DNA from: a virus
Length of the DNA stretch: 64,000 bases
Strand: one strand, 5' to 3'
IMG/VR virus record: IMGVR_UViG_3300043465_002420
In this document: positions 38,200 through 48,093 of the stretch, in pieces
How the letters are laid out: every line of letters starts with the position of its first letter
How positions within the stretch are numbered: the first letter of the stretch is position 1
Notes under the pieces: generated by a model
What the model saw: only the letters and a program-made list of their open reading frames with translations
What the model was told of the DNA's origin: nothing
Database searches by the model: none
Program-made: the position numbers and the translations under genes

Positions 38200-38613
38200 T
38201 TATTCCTTGTTCAGATCAATAGGAATCGCATGCACACCATTCAAATATGCATCAAGCACTTCCGCACCAGTCATATCCTTTTGCAATATAATTGCACCAC
38301 TCAGATCATCAACTAATTTATGAGCATAAAACTCACCACTTTTACTTTCAATCTTGCTCACGAATTTATCCTGTGTTGCTCTCCATTCTTTACTATGTCC
38401 TTCTCTTGTGTCATGAGTTGTTGTTAATTGATCGAGGTCGATTAGCACCTCTAATTTCATGACGCATTTCCCTTTTTTGTTACGCCTCCCAAGACCGAAA
38501 GAATTAACCTCAAACTTTTGACCATTTAAAAACATCTTCATTATACTTGGATCATTTGGATCGGTCACAATTTTCCATTCATCTTTTACTGGTCTTTGAT
38601 CTAGGTCACTCAT
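38200..38613 (-). CDS. Hypothetical protein
   Basis: Start moved to MSDLDQRP (SD AGGAG). Confidence 0.6.
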   Translation of the reverse strand: MSDLDQRPVKDEWKIVTDPNDPSIMKMFLNGQKFEVNSFGLGRRNKKGKCVMKLEVLIDLDQLTTTHDTREGHSKEWRATQDKFVSKIESKSGEFYAHKLVDDLSGAIILQKDMTGAEVLDAYLNGVHAIPIDLNKE

Positions 38614-38761
38614 GCTTTTCTCCTGTTGCCTTAAAAATTTCAACCGCTTTTTTCCATGCAGCCTCTATCTCAGGATTCTGTTCGATCTCACTTTCATTCG
38701 CAATAGCTTTCAAAACTGCGGATGTAATCAGGCTGTCAAGGTCATCCGTTTTTTGGCTCAT
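38606..38761 (-). CDS. 51-aa hypothetical protein (not in ORF track)
   Basis: SD AGGAG, MSQKTDDLDSLITSAVLKAIANE...GEKHE. Confidence 0.55.
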   Translation of the reverse strand: MSQKTDDLDSLITSAVLKAIANESEIEQNPEIEAAWKKAVEIFKATGEKHE

Positions 38762-38763
38762 TT

Positions 38764-38982
38764 CTATTCTCCTATTGGTTTGTTAAAGTTTACTAAAAGT
38801 TTTATTTCAGTAAATTCGGAATTAGGAGTAGAAACAACAGAATAAGATTCCATATAAAATTCTTTCCCAACCGCATATAATTTCTGTGCATTTGGGTCAA
38901 GAACGATGTTGTTTTCGTTTATTTTTTTCACTTCTGATGTCAATTTACGAAGTATATTTAATTCCTCTGGTGTTATGCCCAT
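38764..38982 (-). CDS. Hypothetical protein
   Basis: 72-aa ORF ending in TAG. Confidence 0.55.
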   Translation of the reverse strand: MGITPEELNILRKLTSEVKKINENNIVLDPNAQKLYAVGKEFYMESYSVVSTPNSEFTEIKLLVNFNKPIGE

Positions 38983-39008
38983 GATTGTTATCCTTCTAAT
39001 GTGACGAA

Positions 39009-40202
39009 CTACAAACTACTTTCTTCTAAATTGACCAACATCTGCTCTCTGACAGAAAGCAAATCTAAAGCCATTTTCAATTTAACTTTTAAATCTGCAT
39101 TTTCTTTTTGTAGCTCTTTGGTCACAGTTTGTGACCTTATAATTTCTGGATTGTAAATTTCCGACCACAGCTTTTTGTTCATGTCCAAATCTGGTATCTG
39201 AGCTTCATCAATTCCAAGATTCTTCCAATGCTGTGTCATTTCTTTTTGATGTTCTCGTATCGCTTTTTCGTATCGCTCAACTAGCGACTCCAATAAGCCA
39301 TGATAAGACTGGAGTTCCAGATTGTATCCAGTAATTCTTTTGTTGTATTCGTTGTTGATGTCGATAAGCCTTTTAAGTTCTTCAATGTATTCCCGTTGAG
39401 ATTTTTGAATCTCAAGATTGCATTCATTACCATCAAGTATAGATCTTTCGAGTTCAACTATGTATTGCTGTTGGCTTTTTCCAGCCTCACCTTCTTTTCC
39501 AAGATGTCCTACTACTCCAATTGTACCCTTTGTGTCAGTAGCTTCCCCCTTTGTGTCAGTAGCTTCCCCCTTTGTGTTGGTAGCTTCCCCCTTTGTGTGT
39601 GAAGTTCCTTCTGAATCCCATTCCTCCCATTCTTTACCGATATGTCTCTCTTTGATATCATCACGAAATTCGTTTCGTGATGATGCCTCATCTCCCTTAA
39701 ATTTAGCCAATTCCGCATGCAGTTTGTTTTCTCTATCTTTTTGATTTTGATGGAACAATTCGGGATCAGCTAGTTCGAGCATGTGTGAGGAACATTTTTC
39801 TTCGTCTGTTTTGTCTAATTCGCCCCTAAAAGTTACTTTCAAGACATACGAAGAAAGAATTGAATCGACAAGATGAGACACACCTACACATGCAACCGTA
39901 TAAACAGATGGACCAAAATATCGTTGGAATCCACCCCAAATAATTCTATTAAATTGCTTCATCGACAAGTCTATCGAGACTACAGATGCAGGTTCTGTCA
40001 TCTCAGACCATGCCTTCACAACAATTATTTCTTCGGAAATCTTACTACTATCTATGGACTCTATTTTCGTAAGACGCATTCTTCCTTGCTGACTAGCAGG
40101 GTGATGTTCAAGTCCATAAAGTACAATCTTATAAATGTGGAACGAATAAAGATTCATTTCTACTGAGACATACATTGGATCTTCATCGTTCTTCGTCATC
40201 AT
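39009..40202 (-). CDS. Hypothetical protein with TKGEAT repeats and C-terminal coiled coil
   Basis: Start MMTKND (GGAG SD); long heptad C-terminus. Confidence 0.65.
   Translation of the reverse strand: MMTKNDEDPMYVSVEMNLYSFHIYKIVLYGLEHHPASQQGRMRLTKIESIDSSKISEEIIVVKAWSEMTEPASVVSIDLSMKQFNRIIWGGFQRYFGPSVYTVACVGVSHLVDSILSSYVLKVTFRGELDKTDEEKCSSHMLELADPELFHQNQKDRENKLHAELAKFKGDEASSRNEFRDDIKERHIGKEWEEWDSEGTSHTKGEATNTKGEATDTKGEATDTKGTIGVVGHLGKEGEAGKSQQQYIVELERSILDGNECNLEIQKSQREYIEELKRLIDINNEYNKRITGYNLELQSYHGLLESLVERYEKAIREHQKEMTQHWKNLGIDEAQIPDLDMNKKLWSEIYNPEIIRSQTVTKELQKENADLKVKLKMALDLLSVREQMLVNLEESSL
39526..39598 (-). repeat. 21-bp in-frame tandem repeat x3.5
   Basis: CCCTTTGTGTCAGTAGCTTCC period on + strand; encodes TKGEAT[ND]. 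Confidence 0.85.
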
Positions 40203-40386
40203 TATTCTCCACGAAATATTCAACAATCAAAGGAACACCGAACTGCAAAAGAAAGATCATTGCCGATATCAAGAACAAAATATAATAACCGTTTTTCATT
40301 AAAGCATCAAGCTCACGACAAAGCCAATTGAAAAAAAAAGCCAAATTTTCCATGAACTCGTAATAGAAACTTCTCATAATCATCAT
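40183..40386 (-). CDS. Small membrane protein
   Basis: One hydrophobic helix, acidic tail. Confidence 0.45.
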   Translation of the reverse strand: MMIMRSFYYEFMENLAFFFNWLCRELDALMKNGYYILFLISAMIFLLQFGVPLIVEYFVENNDDEER

Positions 40387-40399
40387 ATTTTATTTTTTC

Positions 40400-42388
40400 T
40401 CAAACATTAAATGCCCACCTTACTTTACCACAATCCCATATTCTGCTTAATCCATTTTGTAATGCCCATTCTTTTTCACTTATATCTTTAGGACAGCCAG
40501 TATTGCATTTCATTTGACTCTGTTTGCTTATTCTTTCTTTTGGATAGCTCATATTCACATATGCATAATCAGAACCTAATTCTTCTTCTAATTTAAAATT
40601 TAAATTTTTATAAATAGAACCATTGCTCCACCTACTATCACTCCAACTTATAATCTTCTTGATTCCATTATTCTTGCACCAATTTACACAATGTGAAAAT
40701 AGTTTACTTGCACCACCAACTATCTGATGACCAGCCTTAAAACATAAACGAGTTAAAACCATTTCACCTTTTGTTTGTTTGCGATGATGGACACCTAAAT
40801 CCATTACACCAATTAATTCATCTTCGCAATATAAACCAAAACAAACTTTTGCTAAAGAATTACCACCTTGTACATGATGTTTATCACAAAAATCAGTAAA
40901 TTCCTTTTTGCTAATTTCTTTTGCTGTACATTTTCTTGCATAAAGTCTTTTTTCGAAAACTCCAAGTTTACTTAGAATGACACTTTTGATTACTTCTTGA
41001 TTGTTAAGCCATTCATCTTCGAAAATTGTTATAAGTTGAATGCCTTTTTCTTTACAAATATTAAACTTACTGATGTGGTAGTTACTTGGTCTTGGTTGAG
41101 GTGAGTTTTCATGATGCCAATATAAACCACAATATTCTATAGCAAACTTTAAATTAGAATCATATAAATCAAGCTCTTTGCTACCTAAAACTGTATGATC
41201 TGATTGAAAGTTAAAACCAAACGAATTCAACCAGTTTTGTATTTCTTTTTGAGTCTTGCCATATTTTCTCTGTGGATATGGAGAGCCATATCGTTCTATA
41301 TTTGTTTGCCTTATTTTTTCTTGTATTTCTGGAGATTGTATTGGATATTCAACACCAAATCTATCCAAGCATGTTTGTTTTACTTTTTCTTTGATTTCTG
41401 GTGATGAAGAAGCATATTCATGTCCAAATTTCTCCAAACATATTTGCCTTACTTTTTCTTGAACTTCTGGCGAAAGGAAAGGGTTTTCGTATCCAAATCT
41501 TTCCAAACATGTCTGTCTTACTTTTTCTTTGAATTCTGGTGAAGAAGAAGCGTATTCATGTCCAAACCTTTCTAAGTTCGTTTGTCTTACTTTCTCTTGG
41601 ATCTCTGGTGAGGAAGAAGCATGATCGTGTCCGAATTTTTCAAGACTCGTTTGTCTTGCTTTTTCTTTCATTTCCGAAGATTGCATAATGTACTCAACGC
41701 CATATCTTTCAATATTTGTTTCTCTGGTTTTTTCTAATATTTCTGGTCGTTGATTTGGATTTTCTACACCATATCTCTGAATATTAGTTTGCTTTATTTT
41801 TTCTCTTGTTTCCAAAGAACTTATTTGATACTCAACACCATATTTTTCAATGTTTGTTTGTCTAGTTTTTTCTAATATTTCTGGGGATTGCATGGCATGT
41901 TCATGTCCATATTTTTCAATATTAGTTTGTCTTGATTTTTCTTTAACTTCTGGTGATTGTAAAGAATATTCGACACCAAATCTTTCCAAGCATGTTTGTT
42001 TTACTTTTTCTTTGATTTCTGGTGAGGAAGAAACATGTTCGTATCCATATTTTTTTAAATTTGTTTGTTTCTTTTTTTCTTGTGTTTCCGATAATTTACT
42101 TGCATGTTCAACACCAAATTTTTTCATGCAAGTATCTTTGATTTTATTTATTATATCTTTTCTTTGAAAGTTATATTCAACACCATGTACTTTTAAATTA
42201 GATTCTTTAATTTTTTTTGCTACACAGACTCTGTTGGAACAGCAATCTTTTTCAATTATTTTACGAGAATTCACATAACTATATTTTTTTTTATTAGACT
42301 CATCTCCACAATAATCACAAGTGAAAACAATTGATTCACGAGCTTTAATTTTCTCAAATGGTTTGTCCAACTTTTCTAGGATCAGCAT
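40400..42388 (-). CDS. Putative free-standing endonuclease: Zn-binding N-terminus, 14 x 23-aa repeats, PD-(D/E)xK/Vsr-like nuclease, GNAT-like C-terminal domain (Hef-like)
   Basis: CDYC/CC..C; repeats [KR]QT[NC][LI]E[KR][YF]GxExxxxSPE[IV]xEK; ELDLY...AIEYCGLYWH; LYARKC...LTRLCFK...VGGASKLF...SWSDSRW...IWDCGK. Confidence 0.7.
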   Translation of the reverse strand: MLILEKLDKPFEKIKARESIVFTCDYCGDESNKKKYSYVNSRKIIEKDCCSNRVCVAKKIKESNLKVHGVEYNFQRKDIINKIKDTCMKKFGVEHASKLSETQEKKKQTNLKKYGYEHVSSSPEIKEKVKQTCLERFGVEYSLQSPEVKEKSRQTNIEKYGHEHAMQSPEILEKTRQTNIEKYGVEYQISSLETREKIKQTNIQRYGVENPNQRPEILEKTRETNIERYGVEYIMQSSEMKEKARQTSLEKFGHDHASSSPEIQEKVRQTNLERFGHEYASSSPEFKEKVRQTCLERFGYENPFLSPEVQEKVRQICLEKFGHEYASSSPEIKEKVKQTCLDRFGVEYPIQSPEIQEKIRQTNIERYGSPYPQRKYGKTQKEIQNWLNSFGFNFQSDHTVLGSKELDLYDSNLKFAIEYCGLYWHHENSPQPRPSNYHISKFNICKEKGIQLITIFEDEWLNNQEVIKSVILSKLGVFEKRLYARKCTAKEISKKEFTDFCDKHHVQGGNSLAKVCFGLYCEDELIGVMDLGVHHRKQTKGEMVLTRLCFKAGHQIVGGASKLFSHCVNWCKNNGIKKIISWSDSRWSNGSIYKNLNFKLEEELGSDYAYVNMSYPKERISKQSQMKCNTGCPKDISEKEWALQNGLSRIWDCGKVRWAFNV

Positions 42389-42416
42389 AATAAATCCTTC
42401 AGTAAATATATCATAT

Positions 42417-43841
42417 TTACTGCTTTAAAAGTTTTTTCTCAATCAATATCTTCCTTAATTTCTCCAATGGTGCTTTCCAACATCTTGGCTTTTCCTGCCT
42501 CAGAAGTGTGACATTGTCACCATACCAAGGAGACTTGTCACCACTATGACTCCAAACATAATAAGCAGAAATTGGAACCATTATAAATACTTCCTTCCCA
42601 AAACTTGCTGCCAAATGTGCTATAGAAGTGCAACTTGTTATAACAAAATCAAGATTTTTAATAAAGCCCAAAGTCTCTTGAAAAGAATCCATTTTTTCAG
42701 ATAAATCAATCAAATTGGGGAAATCCTTGATTTGCTCAAGATTATCATCCCTCTGTAAGCTATAAAATGTTCCATCCACATCTTTCAAAACTTCATATAA
42801 CTCTTTAACAGGATAAGAACGATGCAAATCATGATCATATAAAGGTGAACCAGCCCACCTGATGCCTATTTTTGGTGACTTTCCATCTAACTTGCACTTA
42901 TCATCATATTCTTTAGAAGATGAGATATAGGGCTTATCCCATAGGTCTTTATATTCAAGATTTAGATAGATAGGAAGATGCATTGAATATGTCCACTTTA
43001 AGTCTGGGATATCCTTCAATTCTTCCAAATTCGTAATCACAGGGAATCCACTATTCTTGAATATCTCAAGAAGTCCTTTTCTTTCATTCTTCCATTCTTC
43101 TTTGTGCCAAACTGCATACCAATAAGCATTGATTCCTCTTTCCTTGAGATGTTTCATGAACCTTATGTTAATGATCTCATCTCCACTTCCTGCTTCTGCA
43201 TAAATCACCAGATTTTTTACATCTTTTGCCCCTTCCCAGAAAGGAAGATTTAACTTCTTGTTCCTTGAGAAAATTGTCTCGCAGTTCCACAATCTCATTT
43301 TTGCCCCATCTAGTATAAAGTGCCTCAATCCTTCTTGGAATTTATCTCTGTAAAGGTAATATGTTCCAAGGTTGAACTTGATTTTGAGTGCGGTTTCTTC
43401 TGGAAGTTCTTTATAATTAGCAAGAACATGGTGCAATATCTCTTCCGCTTCTGTTTTCCTGTTGGAAAGGAAGAGAGCATATGCCTTTTCCAGTTGCAGA
43501 TCATAATCCATCGGAATCAGCTTTTCATTGGCATTGATATAAGTCAATGCTTTTTCGGGTTCGTTGTTGTGATTATAAAGATTTATTAGATTGAACCTAG
43601 TCACATACATCAGTTGTGGGCTGTGTGCATTCACAAGTGCCTTCTCACCATGCTTTATGGCTTCTTCATAATGTTGCAACTTGAAATAGCATTTACTGAT
43701 ATTATCTTGTTGCTCAAACGAGAAAGCGTTTTTAGCAAACACATCAAGCACTTGTTTGGCAAGACTCTTTGCACCTAAATTCTTGAGTGTCATTACGAAT
43801 GGCTCAAGATCATTAACACCAACATTTTCTTCTTTTTTCAT
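42417..43841 (-). CDS. TPR + GT9-like glycosyltransferase
   Basis: TPR helices, then EAGSGDEI, IGIRWAGSP, LDFVITSCTSIAHLAASFGK, SPWY. Confidence 0.75.
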   Translation of the reverse strand: MKKEENVGVNDLEPFVMTLKNLGAKSLAKQVLDVFAKNAFSFEQQDNISKCYFKLQHYEEAIKHGEKALVNAHSPQLMYVTRFNLINLYNHNNEPEKALTYINANEKLIPMDYDLQLEKAYALFLSNRKTEAEEILHHVLANYKELPEETALKIKFNLGTYYLYRDKFQEGLRHFILDGAKMRLWNCETIFSRNKKLNLPFWEGAKDVKNLVIYAEAGSGDEIINIRFMKHLKERGINAYWYAVWHKEEWKNERKGLLEIFKNSGFPVITNLEELKDIPDLKWTYSMHLPIYLNLEYKDLWDKPYISSSKEYDDKCKLDGKSPKIGIRWAGSPLYDHDLHRSYPVKELYEVLKDVDGTFYSLQRDDNLEQIKDFPNLIDLSEKMDSFQETLGFIKNLDFVITSCTSIAHLAASFGKEVFIMVPISAYYVWSHSGDKSPWYGDNVTLLRQEKPRCWKAPLEKLRKILIEKKLLKQ

Positions 43842-43844
43842 GTG

Positions 43845-44387
43845 TTATTCCTTTATAACTATTAATTTGATAAAAACATCTTGATAAACATTTACAAGGT
43901 GTTCTGCATATCTTGCGATTTCCTCATATTTGCCTTCAGCTTCAAGTTTTGCATAGTCTGCATGGATTGAATAGTTGTAATCTAAAACTTCCATGTCAAT
44001 TTGGTGAGTGATTGCATGTCCACTTGAACTTCCATAAGTTTCTTGATGCCAAAGACAGTATTTCTTGCTGAACTGCTTGAACATTTCTACGGTCAAAGCA
44101 CGACAGTGGGTGTAATCTCCGAAGAAGTTTCTTGCGAAGTGATGTGGGAAAGCTATGTCTACTACTGCACCATTTTTGCATACTCGATATATTTCTTTTA
44201 TGACATGACCCAAATCATGAATATGTTCTAGTATGTGGTGTGCTTTTACTTCCTCTACTGTGCTGTCTTCGAATGGAAGTTTTTCTTTTTCTAAGTTGTG
44301 GAGATATTCTGGTTTGGTATTTGGATCTGCGTCTACATTTACGAATCCCTCAAATCTTTTTAGTCCACCGCCAATATTGATCTTCAT
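43845..44387 (-). CDS. Class I SAM methyltransferase
   Basis: KINIGGG, FVNVD, AHHILEHI, DYTH. Confidence 0.8.
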   Translation of the reverse strand: MKINIGGGLKRFEGFVNVDADPNTKPEYLHNLEKEKLPFEDSTVEEVKAHHILEHIHDLGHVIKEIYRVCKNGAVVDIAFPHHFARNFFGDYTHCRALTVEMFKQFSKKYCLWHQETYGSSSGHAITHQIDMEVLDYNYSIHADYAKLEAEGKYEEIARYAEHLVNVYQDVFIKLIVIKE

Positions 44388-44436
44388 ATTTGTCCTTTTT
44401 GTAATGACTAATTCTTTCGTAATTGTCCTTGTTATT

Positions 44437-44466
44437 ATTATAAGATAGGAGGGTTGATTTTGGCAA
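44437..44466 (-). promoter_or_regulatory. sigma70-like promoter
   Basis: TTGCCA-N18-TATAAT on the minus strand upstream of the methyltransferase. Confidence 0.5.
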
Positions 44467-44544
44467 ATTTGTTTCTATATGTTCGCCAGACTGAGATATG
44501 GATTGGATTTGCGTCTATATGTTCGCCAGACTGAGATATGGATT
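44467..44544. repeat. 40-bp-period intergenic direct repeat x2
   Basis: TCTATATGTTCGCCAGACTGAGATATGGATT is identical at 44474-44504 and 44514-44544. Confidence 0.9.
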
Positions 44545-44950
44545 ATGTGGTTTTTTCTTTTATGAATTCATCTGGTCCATTTATGAAAATTTTGCCGTCA
44601 TATTGTATTATTGCTGGGCAGTTGTGTGTTTGGCAGAATGTTTGGATTTCTATAAGGACATTATCATCCATTTTCTTACCCATTTCGATAGCTCTGAGAT
44701 ATTGACCTTTGCTCCATTTTTCGACTGATATGATGACTTTTGATTTTTCTGGTTTGAGGTTTTCGGAGAAAAGACCTTGGAGCCAAGCACACTGGTAGGT
44801 TTTGCAGACTTCTGGTCTGGTTTCGTATATGGAGCAATTTCCTTTGAGAAAATGGCATGGTTTTCCTCCGCCAAATTTGTGGCTGTAGGATTCGCCTTTT
44901 AGCCAGATGCAACAGGCATTGCAATCTCCACATTCCCTATTGATAGTCAT
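44543..44950 (-). CDS. YkgJ/FliB-like CxxCxxCC Fe-S or zinc cluster protein
   Basis: CGDCNACC...CHFL...CSIYETRPEVC..YQC; start moved to MTINRE. Confidence 0.75.
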   Translation of the reverse strand: MTINRECGDCNACCIWLKGESYSHKFGGGKPCHFLKGNCSIYETRPEVCKTYQCAWLQGLFSENLKPEKSKVIISVEKWSKGQYLRAIEMGKKMDDNVLIEIQTFCQTHNCPAIIQYDGKIFINGPDEFIKEKTT

Positions 44951-46400
44951 CTTGGTATTGTATCGCTGCTGTTGTATATGTACCAGCAGAAACTTCTTTC
45001 CAGTTTGTTCCATACATTATAGTTTGAACTGGGGAGCTTCTATTTGTTCTTGTATTGTCTCCTAATCCACCATAAGAATTCCTTCCCCATAACCAAAGCG
45101 TTCCGTCTGTCTTTATTGCTGCTGTAAAGCCATAACTACTACATACAACTTGTTTCCAATTCGTTCCATATGCAATTGTTTGAATTGGTGATGATCTATT
45201 GTTTGTTACTCCTGCAATTTCAGGAGAAGGCTTTACAGCACCAACTCCAAGGCTTATCGTTCCAGTCCATGTTCCAGTGAAACTACTTGGAGTAAAAGTT
45301 ATGCTGACATTAGTACTTATCGCAGATACGGTAGTCCATAATACTGATTGTGTAGATGTATACACATTCATGCCTATGGACACTCCAGTAGTGTTAGATG
45401 TATTAAATGTATTGCCATTAATTTTAGAGCCAGAAACAGTAACTGGACTTGTGCCTGGATCACCACTAGTGGCAGGAGTAGGTTCAGTAGATACTGTCAA
45501 TTGTCCATAAGAATTCCTTCCCCAAGTCCAAAGAGTTCCATCAGTCTTTATCGCTGCACAATGGTGGGTTCCAGAAGACACACTTTTCCAGTTTGTTCCA
45601 AAGGCAACCGTCTGTACTGGTGATGATTTGCTTACTGTTGTATTGTCGCCAAGCTGACCATAAGTGGCATTATTACCCCAAGCCCACAAAGTTCCGTCTG
45701 TCTTTATCGCTGCCGTGTGATTGCCACTACATACAACTTGTTTCCAGTTTTTCGCAAATGTAACTGTTTGAACTGGTGAACTTCTATTTGTAATTGTGTT
45801 GTCGCCTAATTGTCCACTAGTATTCGCACCCCAACACCAAAGCGTACCGTCTGTCTTTATCGCTGCCGTGTGATTGCCACCAGACGCAATCTGTTTCCAA
45901 TCAGTTCCACCAGCAATAGTCTGTACAGGAGAGCTTCTGTGTGTAACTGTGTTATCACCTAATTGACCCAAATTGTTATATCCCCAACACCAAAAAGTAC
46001 CATCTGTCTTTATCGCTGCTACATAGCTGTCGCCACAAACAAATTGTTTCCAGTTTGTTCCAAATGTTACTGTTTGAACTGGTGATGATTTATTTATTAC
46101 TGTGTTATCACCTAATTGACCGAAATTGTTAATTCCCATGGTCCACAAAGTTCCATCTGTCTTTATCGCTGCTGAACTTAAACCAAAGCCAATATCAACT
46201 TGTTTCCAATTTGTTCCATATGCAACTGTCTGTATTGGCGAACTTCTGTGTGTAACTGTTGTATTGTCACCTCTCTGACCCCAAGAACCCTGACCCCACA
46301 ACCACAAATTCCCGCTTCTGAAGTAATCAGCACGAACATAATAGTCTTCGAAATCTACTGTCGTATTATCGGCATTCTTGAATCTAAATGGTGTTGACAT
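44937..46400 (-). CDS. RCC1/BLIP-II 7-blade propeller protein with ~93-aa insertion in blade 6
   Basis: Seven NWKQV...[13 protein letters not shown]...LGDNT..SSPVQT repeats; start moved to MSTPFRF (GGAGG SD); ends TAG. Confidence 0.85.
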   Translation of the reverse strand: MSTPFRFKNADNTTVDFEDYYVRADYFRSGNLWLWGQGSWGQRGDNTTVTHRSSPIQTVAYGTNWKQVDIGFGLSSAAIKTDGTLWTMGINNFGQLGDNTVINKSSPVQTVTFGTNWKQFVCGDSYVAAIKTDGTFWCWGYNNLGQLGDNTVTHRSSPVQTIAGGTDWKQIASGGNHTAAIKTDGTLWCWGANTSGQLGDNTITNRSSPVQTVTFAKNWKQVVCSGNHTAAIKTDGTLWAWGNNATYGQLGDNTTVSKSSPVQTVAFGTNWKSVSSGTHHCAAIKTDGTLWTWGRNSYGQLTVSTEPTPATSGDPGTSPVTVSGSKINGNTFNTSNTTGVSIGMNVYTSTQSVLWTTVSAISTNVSITFTPSSFTGTWTGTISLGVGAVKPSPEIAGVTNNRSSPIQTIAYGTNWKQVVCSSYGFTAAIKTDGTLWLWGRNSYGGLGDNTRTNRSSPVQTIMYGTNWKEVSAGTYTTAAIQYQDDYQ

Positions 46401-46887
46401 GAGCCTCCAGATAGAAAACCTTGACAAGATTCTTAGAAATTGAGTGCCACAAAAAAGGTTTGAACATGACCATGTCGCCAGCGTTAAGTTCAAATGTGGC
46501 TGAGTCATTCCAATTTTCTTTATTGAAGCAGTTTTCCTTTATGAATACTTGTAGTTCTTCCTGTACTTGCATTACATTGGAGTAGTTTTTTTCCTTGTGT
46601 CTATGCAATTTGAATGTAGTCTTCTCAAGTGGGATTATGCAGACCCAAAGGCTGTTCTGGTTGAAACTTTCGAAGTGGATGTTCTCGAATGGTTTTCTGA
46701 GTATTCCAGATTCTTTCGTAATGGTAATTTCTTGATTGAGGATTTCGCCAAAGACTTTGTGCAGGTTTTCTGGAACTAGGTTGAAGTCTACGATTTCTTC
46801 TCCGTAAGTGTTCTCCTTGAACTGGAGGTCTTTTACCACTTCATATAGATTTTGCGTGTTGTAGAAATTTTCTATCTGTATTATCAA
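46384..46887 (-). CDS. Putative 2OG-Fe(II)/cupin-like protein (DUF6445-like)
   Basis: MIIQIENFY, IHFE, MVMFKPFLWHS. Confidence 0.5.
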   Translation of the reverse strand: MIIQIENFYNTQNLYEVVKDLQFKENTYGEEIVDFNLVPENLHKVFGEILNQEITITKESGILRKPFENIHFESFNQNSLWVCIIPLEKTTFKLHRHKEKNYSNVMQVQEELQVFIKENCFNKENWNDSATFELNAGDMVMFKPFLWHSISKNLVKVFYLEAHVNTI

Positions 46888-48092
46888 AAGTCACCGTCCT
46901 TTATTGCTGCTGTGAATCCAAAACCACAATCGACACTTTTCCAAGTATTTCCATACAAAATCGTTTGAATTGGTGACGATCTAGAGGTTACTGTGTTGTC
47001 GCCTAATTGTCCATTATCATTCCATCCCCAAGCCCACAAAGTTCCATCTGCCTTTATTGCTGTGGTATGACTTCTGTTAAGAGAAACTTGTTTCCAGTTT
47101 GTTCCTCTGGTAATTGTCTGTACTGGTGATGATTTGCTTACATTTGTGTTGTCTCCAATATTACCATAAGCATTACTTCCCCAAGACCACAATGTTCCGT
47201 CTGTCTTTATTGCTGCTGTATAAAAAACTCCAGCAAAAACACTTTTCCAATTTGTGCCAAAAGCAACTGTTTGGACTGGCGATGATTTATGTACTGTTGT
47301 GTTGTCGCCAAGCCGACCTAGATAATTTCTCCCCCAAGTCCACAATGTTCCGTCTGTCTTTATTGCTGCTGTACATTGATAACCACAAGATACTTGCATC
47401 CAATTTGTTCCTCTGGTTACCGTTTGAACTGGTGATGATTTATTTACTATTGTGCTGTCTCCCAATGCACCATTTGTATTATATCCCCAAACCCATAAAG
47501 TACCATCCGTCTTTATTGCTGCACAATGTCCAGTTCCAGCAGATACTTGCTTCCAATTTGTGCCAAACGCAATCGTTTGAACTGGTGATGATCTTCTTGA
47601 AACTGTATTATTTCCCAATTGACCATAACCATTATTACCCCATAACCATAAAGTTCCATCGGTTTTTATTGCTGCTGTGAGTCCGTTCCCACAAGACACA
47701 TTTTTCCAGTTTGTTCCAAATGCAATTGTCTGTACTGGTGAAGATCTATTTGTGACACTTGTATTGTCTCCTAATTCACCATAACCATTATATCCCCAAA
47801 TCCACAAAGTACCATCAGTTTTTACAGCCGAAATGTGTCTATATCCACCAGATACTTGTTTCCAATTTGCACCCCAAGCAACCGTTTGTACTGGCGATGA
47901 TTTGTTTACAGTTGTATTATCACCTACGCCACCATAAGTATTAAATCCCCAACTCATCAGCATGGGAGTATCGAATTGGTTGAGTAGATTTGGGTATACG
48001 GAGATGAGGTAGTCCTTCTCGATCAAGGTCTTTCCAAGATCGACACCTTTCTCATCTATGAATCTAGTTGTGATGCTTCCTGTAACTGCCAT
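46884..48092 (-). CDS. RCC1/BLIP-II 7-blade propeller protein
   Basis: Seven ~51-aa blades. Confidence 0.88.
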   Translation of the reverse strand: MAVTGSITTRFIDEKGVDLGKTLIEKDYLISVYPNLLNQFDTPMLMSWGFNTYGGVGDNTTVNKSSPVQTVAWGANWKQVSGGYRHISAVKTDGTLWIWGYNGYGELGDNTSVTNRSSPVQTIAFGTNWKNVSCGNGLTAAIKTDGTLWLWGNNGYGQLGNNTVSRRSSPVQTIAFGTNWKQVSAGTGHCAAIKTDGTLWVWGYNTNGALGDSTIVNKSSPVQTVTRGTNWMQVSCGYQCTAAIKTDGTLWTWGRNYLGRLGDNTTVHKSSPVQTVAFGTNWKSVFAGVFYTAAIKTDGTLWSWGSNAYGNIGDNTNVSKSSPVQTITRGTNWKQVSLNRSHTTAIKADGTLWAWGWNDNGQLGDNTVTSRSSPIQTILYGNTWKSVDCGFGFTAAIKDGDF

Positions 48093-48093
48093 A

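Noticed and set aside
44474-44544. CRISPR repeat pair
   Set aside because: Only two copies with a 9-nt spacer; it is a simple tandem duplication.
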